Shown: positions 23,423-33,865 of the stretch, in pieces
Layout of the letters: every line of letters begins with the position of its first letter
Numbering within the stretch: the first letter of the stretch is position 1
Assembly: GCA_965249135.1 (NCBI GenBank)
Contig: OZ252220.1
Coordinates: 544,001-608,000 of the forward strand
Direction of reading: 5' to 3'
From: Alphaproteobacteria bacterium
GTDB lineage: Bacteria; Pseudomonadota; Alphaproteobacteria; GCA-2746255
DNA: 64,000 nucleotides
Position numbers and translations under genes: made by a program
Notes under the pieces: generated by a model
What the model saw: the letters and a program-made list of their open reading frames with translations, nothing else
Databases searched by the model: none
What the model was told of the DNA's origin: nothing

Positions 23423-25834
23423 TCAGTGGGTCACGACGTCGCCGACGTCGCTCTGGTCATTCTTCGTCGCAACCGCTTCGATCTTTTCTTTGTCGCTCCA
23501 CTCGATCGGCGTCAGCGATTCGACAAGCGCATTGTGCAGAACATCATCGACGGTGCCAATCAGAATAATCTCCAGACCGCGTTTAATGTTCTGAGGAATC
23601 TCTACCAAGTCTTTCTCGTTATCCTTTGGAATCAATACGGTTTTGACCCCTCCACGAAGGGCGGCTAGTAGCTTCTCCTTGAGACCGCCAATGGGCAGAA
23701 CCCGGCCGCGTAGCGTGATCTCACCCGTCATGGCGACATCTTTCCGCACCGCAATACCGGTGAGCGCCGAGACGATCGCCGTGCCCATGGCGACCCCTGC
23801 CGAGGGCCCGTCCTTCGGGGTGGCGCCCTCGGGCACGTGCACGTGGATGTCCTTCTTCTCGAAGACGGCCGGCCGGATCCCGAAGTCGAGCAACCGCGAG
23901 CGAATGTAGCTGCGGGCCGCCTCCACCGATTCCTGCATGACGTCGCCCAACTGACCGGTGGGTTTCACGATGTTGCCCTTGCCCGGCATGACAACGGCCT
24001 CGATGGTGAGCAGTTCGCCGCCAACCTCCGTCCAGGCGAGCCCCGTTGCGACCCCGACCAAGTCCTCGAGTTCCGTTTCGCCATAGCGGAAACGACGAAC
24101 GCCCGCATACTTTTCGAGATTTCGTCGCGAGATGGAAAGCCGCTTCTTGCTTTTCATCAGAAGTTCTTTCGCCGCCTTCCGCATGAGACTCGCAAGTTCG
24201 CGTTCGAGATTACGCACGCCCGCTTCCCGCGTGTAGTAACGGATGAGGTCTTTCAGCGCCTCGGCCGAAATCGACCATTCGCTCTTCTTCAAGCCGTTTG
24301 CTTTCAACTGCTTGGAGATCAGGTGGCGGATCGCGATCTCGATCTTCTCGTCCTCCGTATAGCCGGGCAGCCGGATGATCTCCATCCGGTCCATCAATGG
24401 CTGCGGCATGCGAAGCGTGTTCGCCGTCGTCACGAACATGACGTCGGAGAGATCGTAGTCGACCTCCAGATAATGATCCTGGAAGGTCGAATTCTGTTCC
24501 GGATCCAGCACCTCGAGCAGCGCCGAGGAAGGATCACCACGGAAATCCGCACCGAGCTTGTCGACCTCGTCGAGCAGGAAAAGCGGGTTTATCGTCTTCA
24601 CCTTCTTCATCGACTGGATGATCTTGCCCGGCATCGACCCGATATAGGTCCGGCGGTGACCGCGAATTTCCGCTTCGTCCCGAATGCCGCCCAGCGAGAC
24701 GCGCACGAAGTTGCGCCCCGTCGCCCGGGCGATCGAAGCGCCCAGCGAGGTCTTGCCGACGCCGGGTGGTCCCACCAGGCAAAGAATCGGCCCGCGGATC
24801 TTCTTGGTCCGTTGCTGGATGGCCAAGTATTCGAGAATCCGTTCCTTTACCTTCTCCAACCCATAGTGATCGGCGTTCAGGACACGGGCCGCTTCACGGA
24901 TATCGCGCTTGATCTTCGAGCGCTTCCCCCAGGGAATGTTTAGCAGCCAATCCAGGTAATTGCGGACGACCGTCGCCTCGGCGGACATCGGGCTCATCGT
25001 GCGCAGCTTCTTGAACTCCGATATCGCCTTCTCGCGGGCTTCCTTGTCGAATTTCGTCTTACGGATTCGATCTTCGAGCTCGCCGAACTCGTCCCGGCCA
25101 TCCTCGGATTCGCCAAGCTCCTTCTGGATCGCCTTCATCTGCTCGTTCAGATAGTACTCGCGTTGAGTCTTCTCCATCTGACGCTTCACGCGATTGCGGA
25201 TCCGCTTTTCGACCTGCAGGACGCCGATCTCGGCTTCCATCATCGTGCAAATCCGCTCCAGACGTTCAGGGACGGAGATGAGCTCGAGCAGGGTCTGCTT
25301 GTCCCGAAGCTTCAACGCCAGGTGTGAGGCGATCGTGTCGGCAAGCTTCGAAGGCTCCTCGATCTGGTTGATGGAGACCAGCACCTCCGGCGGGATCTTC
25401 TTGTTGAGCTTCACATACTGCTCGAACTGGGAGATCACCGTCCGGGTCAGGGCTTCCGTTTTGTCCTCTTCGCCGAACACGTCCTTAGCTTCCTCGGCAT
25501 GGGCCTGAAAGTAGGGATCGGACTGGGTGAACTGAAGGATATTTGCCCGTCGCGCCCCTTCGACGAGCACCTTAACGGTCCCATCCGGAAGCTTCAGCAG
25601 CTGGAGCGCCGTGCCGACCGTGCCGACCGAGTAAATGTCGTCGGTCGTCGGGTCATCCTTGCTCGCATCCTTCTGGGTTACGAGAAGGATCTGCTTGTTG
25701 TCCTTCATGACCTCGTCCAGGGCACGGACGGACCTATCCCGGCCCACGAACAGGGGGACGATCATGTGGGGAAAGACCACGATGTCCCGAAGCGGGAGGA
25801 CCGGATAGAGGATGTTTTTGCTCAGATCGTTCAT
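23423..25834 (-). CDS. lon: ATP-dependent protease La
   Basis: [19 protein letters not shown] and PKDGPSAG (catalytic Ser) motifs. Confidence 0.97.
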   Translation of the reverse strand: MNDLSKNILYPVLPLRDIVVFPHMIVPLFVGRDRSVRALDEVMKDNKQILLVTQKDASKDDPTTDDIYSVGTVGTALQLLKLPDGTVKVLVEGARRANILQFTQSDPYFQAHAEEAKDVFGEEDKTEALTRTVISQFEQYVKLNKKIPPEVLVSINQIEEPSKLADTIASHLALKLRDKQTLLELISVPERLERICTMMEAEIGVLQVEKRIRNRVKRQMEKTQREYYLNEQMKAIQKELGESEDGRDEFGELEDRIRKTKFDKEAREKAISEFKKLRTMSPMSAEATVVRNYLDWLLNIPWGKRSKIKRDIREAARVLNADHYGLEKVKERILEYLAIQQRTKKIRGPILCLVGPPGVGKTSLGASIARATGRNFVRVSLGGIRDEAEIRGHRRTYIGSMPGKIIQSMKKVKTINPLFLLDEVDKLGADFRGDPSSALLEVLDPEQNSTFQDHYLEVDYDLSDVMFVTTANTLRMPQPLMDRMEIIRLPGYTEDEKIEIAIRHLISKQLKANGLKKSEWSISAEALKDLIRYYTREAGVRNLERELASLMRKAAKELLMKSKKRLSISRRNLEKYAGVRRFRYGETELEDLVGVATGLAWTEVGGELLTIEAVVMPGKGNIVKPTGQLGDVMQESVEAARSYIRSRLLDFGIRPAVFEKKDIHVHVPEGATPKDGPSAGVAMGTAIVSALTGIAVRKDVAMTGEITLRGRVLPIGGLKEKLLAALRGGVKTVLIPKDNEKDLVEIPQNIKRGLEIILIGTVDDVLHNALVESLTPIEWSDKEKIEAVATKNDQSDVGDVVTH

Positions 25835-25868
25835 TCCAGCTACCTACCCGGCATTGCCGGTCGATGGT

Positions 25869-25897
25869 TATATGGCTCCGCCAAAGACGATTTCGAG
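25869..25897 (-). promoter_or_regulatory. Probable RpoH (sigma32) promoter of lon
   Basis: CTCGAA-N16-CCATATA upstream of lon resembles the alphaproteobacterial RpoH consensus CTTGAA-N16/17-CCTATAT. Confidence 0.5.
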
Positions 25898-25933
25898 CCG
25901 TTTTTTGGGAAGTACGCCCCGAGCGAGGACGGT

Positions 25934-27199
25934 TTAGGCGCTTGTCTCGACGTCGGTCTGCCGATCCGCGTAGATATAGAGAGGCTTGGCCCGGCCTTCG
26001 ACCACTTCCCGATTGATCACAACTTCCTCAACGCCATCTAGGCTAGGAAGCTCGAACATCGTATCCAATAAGTTCGCCTCCAGGATCGACCGCAGGCCCC
26101 GCGCCCCTGTCTTGCGCAGGATCGCCCGCTCGGCGATCGCCTGGAGGGCATCCTCCGTGAAGGTAAGCTGGACGTTCTCCATATCAAACAGCCGTTCATA
26201 TTGCTTGACGAGGGCGTTCTTTGGCTTCGTCAGAATCTCCACCAGCGCCACTTCGTCCAAATCTTCCAGAGTCGCGATGACCGGGAGCCGGCCGATGAAC
26301 TCCGGAATCAGCCCGAACCGCAGCAGATCCTCCGGCTCGACGTCGTGCAGGATCTCCCCGGTCTGACGGTCGTCCGGACCCCGCACGTCGGCACCAAAGC
26401 CGACGGCCGATCCCTGGCCACGAGCGGAAATGATCCGTTCCAGCCCGGAGAAGGCGCCGCCGCAGACGAAAAGGATGTTCGTCGTGTCCACCTGCAGAAA
26501 TTCCTGCTGCGGATGCTTGCGCCCGCCTTGGGGCGGAACGGAGGCAATCGTGCCCTCCATGATCTTGAGCAACGCCTGCTGGACCCCTTCACCAGAGACG
26601 TCCCGGGTGATGGAAGGGTTGTCGGACTTGCGGGAAATCTTGTCGACTTCGTCGATGTAGACGATGCCGCGCTGGGCACGCTCGACATTATAGTCCGCGG
26701 CCTGGAGCAGCTTGAGGATGATGTTCTCGACATCCTCACCCACATAGCCTGCTTCCGTCAGCGTCGTGGCATCCGCCATCGTGAAGGGAACGTCAAGAAT
26801 ACGGGCCAGCGTCTGCGCAAGGAGCGTCTTCCCACAGCCCGTCGGTCCGACAAGCAGGATGTTCGACTTGGCGAGTTCGACCTCTTCCGACCGGGCGCCA
26901 TGGCCAAGCCGCTTGTAATGATTGTGAACGGCAACGGAAAGCACACGCTTGGCATGTTCCTGCCCGATGACATAGTCGTTGAGCACCGTGTAGATGTCTT
27001 TCGGTGTCGGGACGCCATCCTGGGACTTGGCGAGCGTACTCTTGTTCTCTTCACGGATAATATCCATGCAGAGTTCGACACACTCATCGCAAATGAAAAC
27101 GGTCGGCCCGGCGATGAGTTTGCGGACTTCGTGCTGGCTCTTACCGCAGAACGAGCAGTAAAGCGTATTCTTTGAATCACCGCCGGTCGTCTTGCTCAT
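25934..27199 (-). CDS. clpX: ATP-dependent Clp protease ATP-binding subunit ClpX
   Basis: CSFCGK...CDEC zinc finger, [11 protein letters not shown] loop and VGF loop. Confidence 0.97.
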   Translation of the reverse strand: MSKTTGGDSKNTLYCSFCGKSQHEVRKLIAGPTVFICDECVELCMDIIREENKSTLAKSQDGVPTPKDIYTVLNDYVIGQEHAKRVLSVAVHNHYKRLGHGARSEEVELAKSNILLVGPTGCGKTLLAQTLARILDVPFTMADATTLTEAGYVGEDVENIILKLLQAADYNVERAQRGIVYIDEVDKISRKSDNPSITRDVSGEGVQQALLKIMEGTIASVPPQGGRKHPQQEFLQVDTTNILFVCGGAFSGLERIISARGQGSAVGFGADVRGPDDRQTGEILHDVEPEDLLRFGLIPEFIGRLPVIATLEDLDEVALVEILTKPKNALVKQYERLFDMENVQLTFTEDALQAIAERAILRKTGARGLRSILEANLLDTMFELPSLDGVEEVVINREVVEGRAKPLYIYADRQTDVETSA

Positions 27200-27387
27200 A
27201 ACGGCCTCATTCGTATATTTGCCAGTACGTTAGCCCTAGCCCATTTCGCCTTGTAATGTCAAAACCTAGGCTGCCCAGGTAATGAAAATGATAACGAAAT
27301 TACATTTTTCGCCACTATTTTTATCAGGAGTTATCAAAACCCTAACGCGATTCAATGGTTATCAATATTTTGTTATTCTTGAAAGGC

Positions 27388-28011
27388 TTACTTTTCCGGT
27401 ATCGGGCGGCTCTTAACCACTGCATCGATCAGGCCAAATTCCAATGCCTCCTCCGGCGAGAGGAATTTGTCGCGTTCGACAGCCTCCTCGATTGCATCTA
27501 GGGTCTTACCGGTGTGCTCCACATAGATATCGTTAAGGCGAGAACGCAACGCAAGAATCTCTTTCGCCTGAATTTCGATGTCCGTCGCTTGCCCCTGGGT
27601 GCCTCCGGACGGCTGGTGGAGCATGATCCGCGAGTTGGGGAGCGCATAGCGTTTCTTCGCAGCCCCCGCGGCAAGCAGCAGCGATCCCATCGAGGCGGCC
27701 TGTCCGACGCAAACGGTCGAAACTTCCGGCCGGATGTATTGGATCGTGTCGTAGATGGCGAGGCCGGCGGTGACCGTGCCTCCTGGCGAGTTGATATAGA
27801 CGGAAATATCCTTGTTCGGATTCTCCGATTCGAGAAACAGCAATTGCGCGCAAATGAGACTCGCCCCGGCATCGTCGATGCCACCCGTGAGAAAGACGAT
27901 ACGTTCCTTGAGCAGCCGAGAATAGATGTCATAGGCGCGCTCCCCTCGATTCGTCTGTTCGACGACCATCGGGACCAGCAGATTCATGTGTGTGTCATTT
28001 GAATCGCCCAT
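27388..28011 (-). CDS. clpP: ATP-dependent Clp protease proteolytic subunit
   Basis: [32 protein letters not shown] and HQPSGG motifs. Confidence 0.96.
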   Translation of the reverse strand: MGDSNDTHMNLLVPMVVEQTNRGERAYDIYSRLLKERIVFLTGGIDDAGASLICAQLLFLESENPNKDISVYINSPGGTVTAGLAIYDTIQYIRPEVSTVCVGQAASMGSLLLAAGAAKKRYALPNSRIMLHQPSGGTQGQATDIEIQAKEILALRSRLNDIYVEHTGKTLDAIEEAVERDKFLSPEEALEFGLIDAVVKSRPIPEK

Positions 28012-28063
28012 CGAATAAATCCCCGTTCCGGAAGGAAGCAGGTTTTGCCGCCTCGTCCTTAGT

Positions 28064-29539
28064 TTAACCCTTTGCCTTCTTTGCCGCCTTCTTCTTCGTC
28101 GTCTTCGCGACCATTTTACCACTTTTTGCCGCCTTTGCCGTCTTCTTGCCGGATTCGGCCTTCTTTTTGTCCATCCCGGCGGCCTTTTCCACGGTGGCCT
28201 GGACCTCGCCCAGCAATTCCTCAGGCGAAACGTTGCGCGTCGTGACCTTCGCTTTTTCCAAAAGAAAGCCGACGACCTTGTCTTCAAAAATAGGAGCGAC
28301 CAGCCGCCGCACACCCTCAGGATTTTTTTGATAAAATTCGAAGATCTGCGCCTCTTGGCCCGGATGTTGACGCGCTTCGCGCGCAATTGCCTCGTTGATT
28401 TCGGTCTGGGAAAGGGAGATGTCGTTCGACGAGCCGATTTCGGACAACAGCAAGCCCAGCCGGACGCGGCGTTCCGCGATCAGCCGGTATTCCTTCTTCA
28501 GGGCTTCCTCGTCCTTGCCCTCGAATTCGTCCTCGACTTCGGCGCCCTGCGTCTTGGCCATCTCCTGTTGTTTACGGTGGTCCTGAATTTGTTGCCAGAT
28601 CGTCTCGAACTCCACATCGACGACCCCTTGCGGCAATTCAAACGTATGGCCGCTTGCCAGGATGTCGAGATAGGCCCGCTTTTCGCGAACATATGCGACG
28701 TGCTGATATTCCCTTTCGAGACTCGTCTGCATCTGGGTGCGAAGCTCGTCCAGCGTCTGAACCCCGAACGTCTTTGCGAGCTCATCGTCGATCTCGAACG
28801 GGATGCATTCCTGAAGCTCTTTTACGGTGACGTCGAAAACCGCCTCCTTGCCGACCAATTCCTTGGCGGGGTACGCGTCGGGAAAGTTTAGGGTCACCGT
28901 GGCGCTTTCCCCAGCCTTCACGCCGACCAGCTGATCCTCGAAACCGGGGATGAATTGGCCGGAACCAAGCTCGAGCTGCAGGCCTTCTGCGGAACCGCCC
29001 TCGAAGGGCTCGCCGCCGATCCGCCCGACGAAGTCGATGACGACGAGATCCCCCATCTTCGCCGGCCGGTTCTCAGGAATAGGCTCAAAGCGCCGCTGGG
29101 CGGCGGCCGCGTTCTCGAGCGCCCGGACGATGTCCTTTTCTTCGATGACGGGCGTGAGTCGCTCGATCTCGATCTCAGAGAAATCCATGAAGTCGATCTG
29201 CGGTATGAGCTCGACCTTCAGGGTGAATTCAAGGTCCCTCCCCTCCGGGAAGGTGACGATTTCCGCTTGGGGCTGCATGGCCGGCCGCAGGCTGCGTTCC
29301 TTCAACAAGTGCTGGGAGGTCTCGGTCAGCATTTTCTGGACGATTTCCGCCAGCACGGACTGCCCATACTTACCGCGCACGAGCGACATGGGAACGTGGC
29401 CCGGCCGGAAGCCCGGCAGGTTTACCGTTGCGCTAAGCTCTTTTAGCTTTGCGTCGACTTTCTCTTCCACATCGGCCGAAGAAACGACGATCCTGAACTC
29501 GCGCTTCAGACCTTCGGCCTGGGTCTCCGTTACTTCCAT
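28064..29539 (-). CDS. tig: Trigger factor
   Basis: MEVTET start, GFRPGHVP signature, FKBP domain (FIPGFEDQL); Lys/Ala-rich C-terminal tail. Confidence 0.95.
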   Translation of the reverse strand: MEVTETQAEGLKREFRIVVSSADVEEKVDAKLKELSATVNLPGFRPGHVPMSLVRGKYGQSVLAEIVQKMLTETSQHLLKERSLRPAMQPQAEIVTFPEGRDLEFTLKVELIPQIDFMDFSEIEIERLTPVIEEKDIVRALENAAAAQRRFEPIPENRPAKMGDLVVIDFVGRIGGEPFEGGSAEGLQLELGSGQFIPGFEDQLVGVKAGESATVTLNFPDAYPAKELVGKEAVFDVTVKELQECIPFEIDDELAKTFGVQTLDELRTQMQTSLEREYQHVAYVREKRAYLDILASGHTFELPQGVVDVEFETIWQQIQDHRKQQEMAKTQGAEVEDEFEGKDEEALKKEYRLIAERRVRLGLLLSEIGSSNDISLSQTEINEAIAREARQHPGQEAQIFEFYQKNPEGVRRLVAPIFEDKVVGFLLEKAKVTTRNVSPEELLGEVQATVEKAAGMDKKKAESGKKTAKAAKSGKMVAKTTKKKAAKKAKG

Positions 29540-29603
29540 TCGATTCTCGCTCGTCGGGTGAGATCGTGAACCGACCGTGGGGCCGGCCACACATGCAGGC
29601 AGC

Positions 29604-29688
29604 TGGTGCGGGCGGAGGGATTTGAACCCCCACGACTTTCGTCACCAGATCCTAAATCTGGCGTGTCTACCAGTTCCACCACGCCCGC
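29604..29688 (-). tRNA. tRNA-Leu(TAG)
   Basis: GCGGGCGTGGTGGAACTGGTAGACACGCCAGATT-TAG-GATCTGG..., long variable arm, ends CCGCCCGCACCA. Confidence 0.96.
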
Positions 29689-29884
29689 ATGGGTACTCCG
29701 GCCCCTACTGCGGCGTAAACCGGCCTACGCAGGCGGCTTATAGCATGGAAGGCATTGATAAAGTAAGCCTTCCGGCCTGGCCGAAAGACCGATGACCTTG
29801 GAACGCATGGCAACTCGGATGAAGAGAGAGAAGGAAGAGAAAGGAAAGAAGACCGCTTCAGACACCCATGCATGGATGCATACG

Positions 29885-29915
29885 TTAGTGAGCGTGTTCC
29901 GTGTAGCGTTCCGCA
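29885..29915 (-). pseudogene. 3' exon (AERYTEHAH*) of the small ORF interrupted by the intron
   Basis: Directly after the intron 3' end: T-GCG GAA CGC TAC ACG GAA CAC GCT CAC TAA. Confidence 0.55.
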
Positions 29916-31839
29916 GTAGAGTCGAGGAAGGGCGCGGTGGTTTGTACCGCATTGGCATCACTCCGTTTCCCTTCCCCGCTCATCAAGCCGGACGTGCGAA
30001 TTTCCCGCATCCGGCTTTCCGACTGGCTTCATCCCGGGGCACACGGCGGGGGGCCAAGATGAACCCGGCGCAGCCGAAGCACGCCGAGATCCCCGAACAC
30101 GGTCCCAGCAGAGAACCGCGTGGTGCCGCGCGACGGCACCTTGTGACGCCTGACCAGAGAATGCCGCACGCGCTCATAGACGTAATTGTCGACCGCTCGA
30201 TAGGCCGGCAGGCGCGTCCCGTAGCCGAAGTAGTGCGGCCAGCCGCGCAGCACGCTGTTCAGCTGGTCGCGCCTCGGGCCAGGGTGCCTGGTTGCCGGGC
30301 CGCAGGAGCCCTCGGACCTTCAGCTTGAGCCGAGCCACGCTCTTCCTGGACGGGCTCGCCCCCAGATACCAGTGGCCATCCTTGCGAAAGCGCTGCGGGC
30401 CGAAGCTATAGCCCAGGAAGTCGAAGCTCTCCTTGCGGCCATCGCGGACGCTGGTCTTGGCCTCGTTCAGGGTCAGTCCCAGCCGGGTCATCACCTGCCG
30501 CGTCCAGACCAAGGCCTCCCTCGCGTGTCCGCGACTGAGGATGACAAGGTCATCGGCATAGTTCACCACCTCGGCGCGGAACCTTGTGCCCTGCCCGGTG
30601 ATCCGCCAGTACTTCAGAAAGCGGTTCATGTAGAGCGCGGCGAGCAGCGGCGAAACAATCCCGCCTTGCGGGGTTCCCCGTGTGCTCCCCCGGCCGCCCG
30701 TCATGCGCCGCTTGCCATCCCCGTCGGTCTCCTCGACCGGTGTCTTGAGCCACAATTTGATCAGGCGCAGGACGTTGCGATCGACGATCCGGCGCGCAAC
30801 CGATTGCATCAGTTCCGCATGGGGAATCGTATCGAAGTACTTGGACAAATCCGCGTCAACCACGTCCGTGTAGCCGCGACAGAGAAGCTTGTGGACCGCC
30901 TGGACGGCATCGCCCGCAGAGCGTTTCGGTCGGTAGCCATAGGCACTGGGCTCGAGATCGGCCTCGAAGATCGGTTCGATCACGAGCTTGACGGCGCCTT
31001 GCACCACCCGGTCCCGGATCGTCGGGATGCCGAGCGGTCGTTCGCCGCCGCCGGGCTTTGGGACCATCGCCCGCCGCACCGGCTCAGGTCTGTACGTCTT
31101 GGCGCGAAGGTCGTCCCTGATCCCGGACAGCCACCCCTCCAGCCCCATCGCCTCGATCTCCTCGAAGCTCTGTCCATCCACCCCCGGCGCGCCCTTGTTG
31201 GACCGCGCCAGTCGGTAGGCATGGAACAGGATGTCTTCGCGATAGACCTTGTCGTAGAGCAGGTAGAAGCGGAAGTCCGGTTCCGCCTTCGCCTTGAGAT
31301 AGAGCTTCCTCTGGAGAGTCCGGATCTTTTCAGGTGTTTGCAGGCGCATCGCCAATCACCCCGCCTCCTCTCCGTCAAAAGCGCACCAGAAGTAAGGGTG
31401 CTTCCCTCCGCCGGCATTACCCGGCATCAACGGTACTATCACCCTTTCCGATTCCCGCCCGCGCCGCCACCCGAGGTGACGTTGAGGCCGCTACCCTCGC
31501 CCGCGACGGGCCTCCCCCGATTACCCGTATCACCTTCCTTGCGTGCCGTGCCCACTACCCCGGCGGACCGGAACGGGTGCATTCGTCGGTTACTCCCCCG
31601 TTCCACGCGGCCTTCCCCTAATCTCAGGAGGGTCGGCGTCCATATCTTCACTTTCGAGGCCTGCTCAGGCCTCACTCGCGTTCGGCCCGCAAGGTCGCTC
31701 AACCGCCCAAGGCGGCCTTTGTCACAGGACTTCGGTCCCGCCGGTTACCCGACAAGACCGCCTGTCAGCTACCAGATCAAACCGACAACTGTCTGGGTGG
31801 ATCCTTCCTCCACTGGTGTTACGCGCCGTCGGGGCGCAC
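29916..31839 (-). mobile_element. Group II intron (1924 nt), ribozyme plus RT/maturase without endonuclease domain
   Basis: 5' end GTGCG at 31839. Domain V AAGCCGGATGCGGGAAATTCGCACGTCCGGCTT with AGC triad. Domain VI GAGCGGGGAAGGG...CCCTTCCTCG-A-CTC with bulged A. 3' end CTCTAC at 29916. EBS1-like loop TGAGAT at 31621-31626. Confidence 0.93.
30029..31355 (-). pseudogene. ltrA: Group II intron reverse transcriptase/maturase, frameshifted near 30270
   Basis: RT0 GAPGVDG, RPLGIPTIRDR, DADLSKYFDTI, GTPQGGIVSPLL, YADD, FDFLG. The domain X continuation LRGWxxYF lies in a different frame (ORF 30029-30253), whose stop sits just before domain V. Confidence 0.9.
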
Positions 31840-32067
31840 TAAGAATTTCCAGGCTAGCATGCGTGGTCCATCTTGCACGTCGTGATTGGCGCGGCGAATA
31901 CGCACTTGATACGTCACATGCGGAATGCCGTATGGGTCCGAACGTACGGCCAGAACTTTTGCCGTCTCGAGGACGGGCCCGGTATGTGGACAACGAAAGA
32001 TATTTCCGGCCTGAATGTCAGGCGACTCGCCATTGCTGCCATGCATTTCTTTTAGTTTCACGCGCAT
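31840..32067 (-). pseudogene. 5' exon of a small hypothetical protein interrupted by the intron
   Basis: ORF ...ETAKVLAVRSDPYGIPHVTYQV...GPRMLAWKFL runs directly into the intron GTGCG. Confidence 0.6.
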
Positions 32068-32216
32068 CGTACGTTACTCAGCAAAAAAACACCTACCTGC
32101 GTCTTCTATGAGTCAGGAGCTTAGGCCTTTCGCTTTAACAAAAAGTAAAATGGTGTCTCTAAACTATATGAAATTGCAACGAAATTTCAGGCCGGCTCAT
32201 TATGGATTCGCTAAGG

Positions 32217-33725
32217 TTAACGGGATTTCCTCAACTCTGACAACGCCTTTGGCAAATTTTCTGGCAAATCCTCTGAAATAAGGCCGATACCGATCCGTCG
32301 GGCCGTTTCGCCATGGAGCCAAGCGGCGGCGGCGGCGGCATCGAAAGGCGCCATTCCCTGGGCCAGCAAGCCAAGGATCATGCCCGCCAACACGTCGCCG
32401 GAACCCGCCGTCGCCAGGCTTGGCGGGGCGTTCCAGTTGATGACGGCCTGGCCATCCGGCGCGGCGATGACCGTATCGGCCCCCTTCAGCAGGACGATGG
32501 CGTTGCTCCGCCGGGCCGCCTCCCGGGCCCGGCTCAGCTTGTCCCCCCGGTCGTCGAACAGGCGGGCAAACTCGCCTTCATGGGGGGTCAGCACGGCGGG
32601 GCCCTGGATCGCCGCGAAGAGGTCTTCGGACGCACCCTCGAAGACGCTGAGGGCATCGGCGTCCAGGACGCAAGGCCGGCCCGTAGCAAGGACTTCCAGC
32701 ACCTTCGACCGGGTCTCCTTGGTCACTCCGCAGCCCGGGCCCAGCAGAAAGGCCCGTTTGCGCAGATCGGCGATGAGGTCCTGGAAGGCCGCGTCGCCGG
32801 CCACCGGATGGACGAGAATGCTCGGGCTTTCGGCGGCATAGATCGCCACCGCCTTCGGCGGGCTTGCCACCGTCACCAGGCCGGCCCCGATGCGCAGCGC
32901 CGCCCTGGCTGCCAGCCTGGCCGCCCCCGTCATCACCGCCCCTCCGACGACGACGACATGGCCACTGCTGTATTTGTGATCGCTGGGCTTCGGCCACGGA
33001 TAGCGGTCCAGCCAGAGCTCCGGATCGTTCGCAAACAAGCTTGGGCTTATCCGCGCCATGGCGCTGACCGGCACGCCGATATCGATGAGGACGACCTCGC
33101 CGGCAACTTCCCGGCCCGGCAACAGAAAATGGCCGGCCTTCCTGCCGATGAAGGTGACGGTAAGCGCCGAGCTTGGGGCGACGCCCAGGATTTCGCCGGT
33201 ATCGCCGTGAACGCCGCTCGGAATGTCGACGGCGACACAGGTAAGGTCGTGATTCACCCGCGCGTTGATCGCCTCGACGACGGACCGGACGCGCCCTTCC
33301 AGGGGCCGATCCAGGCCCGCCCCGAACAAGGCATCGACGACCAGCTCGGCCCCGGCGATGACTTCCGGCGTGAGCGGCAGGATCTCCGCTTCCTCCACAT
33401 CGCCGCTCTTCCAGCGTATGGCGTTCGCCTCGGCGTCCCCTTTCAGCGTAGCCAGCATCCCCAGCAGCGCCGTCTGGACCGGCCAGCCTTGCTCGCGCAG
33501 CCGCCGGGCGATGACGAAGCCATCCCCGCCATTGTTGCCGGGTCCGCAAAGAACGACGGTGGGACGCGGCGACCAACGCCGCACGATCTCGCCGGCAACG
33601 CCGCTGCCGGCCGCTTCCATAAGCTCGCCGCTGGAGACCCCCGCGACGGCGGCGGCCTGATCGACCAGGTAGTTCTCGGCGACGGTCAAGACCGCCATTT
33701 CCGCCTGCTTGTCCGCCTGTTTCAT
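32217..33725 (-). CDS. nnr: Bifunctional NAD(P)H-hydrate epimerase/dehydratase (YjeF/Nnr)
   Basis: GPGNNGGDG, DALFGAG, DIPSG, TPHEGEF and AGSGDVL motifs. Confidence 0.93.
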   Translation of the reverse strand: MKQADKQAEMAVLTVAENYLVDQAAAVAGVSSGELMEAAGSGVAGEIVRRWSPRPTVVLCGPGNNGGDGFVIARRLREQGWPVQTALLGMLATLKGDAEANAIRWKSGDVEEAEILPLTPEVIAGAELVVDALFGAGLDRPLEGRVRSVVEAINARVNHDLTCVAVDIPSGVHGDTGEILGVAPSSALTVTFIGRKAGHFLLPGREVAGEVVLIDIGVPVSAMARISPSLFANDPELWLDRYPWPKPSDHKYSSGHVVVVGGAVMTGAARLAARAALRIGAGLVTVASPPKAVAIYAAESPSILVHPVAGDAAFQDLIADLRKRAFLLGPGCGVTKETRSKVLEVLATGRPCVLDADALSVFEGASEDLFAAIQGPAVLTPHEGEFARLFDDRGDKLSRAREAARRSNAIVLLKGADTVIAAPDGQAVINWNAPPSLATAGSGDVLAGMILGLLAQGMAPFDAAAAAAWLHGETARRIGIGLISEDLPENLPKALSELRKSR

Positions 33726-33865
33726 CGTCTTGAGGATAGCGTGGGCCCCTGGGACTGTCGTGGGGAATTCTGGCGGGAATTCTGGCAGCCGGAAAAGTCT
33801 GCGCGGCGTAAACGGAACCGCTATATAGCGAAATAGTTAAACGCTTAAGATCGGGAGCAAAGCCT

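Noticed and set aside
27220-27385. AT-rich clpP-clpX intergenic region
   Set aside because: Looks like an ordinary internal promoter region; no repeat, ORF or stable structure seen.
28064-28170. Lys/Ala-rich tail on trigger factor
   Set aside because: Such tails are common on alphaproteobacterial trigger factors; not novel.
29916-31839. RT considered as retron, DGR, CRISPR-associated or Abi-type
   Set aside because: Clear GTGCG start, domains V/VI and domain X identify a group II intron; no TR/VR pair, msr-msd or cas genes nearby.
30372-32111. 579-aa plus-strand ORF antisense to the intron
   Set aside because: Shadow of the high-GC RT reading frame and ribozyme; no recognisable motifs.
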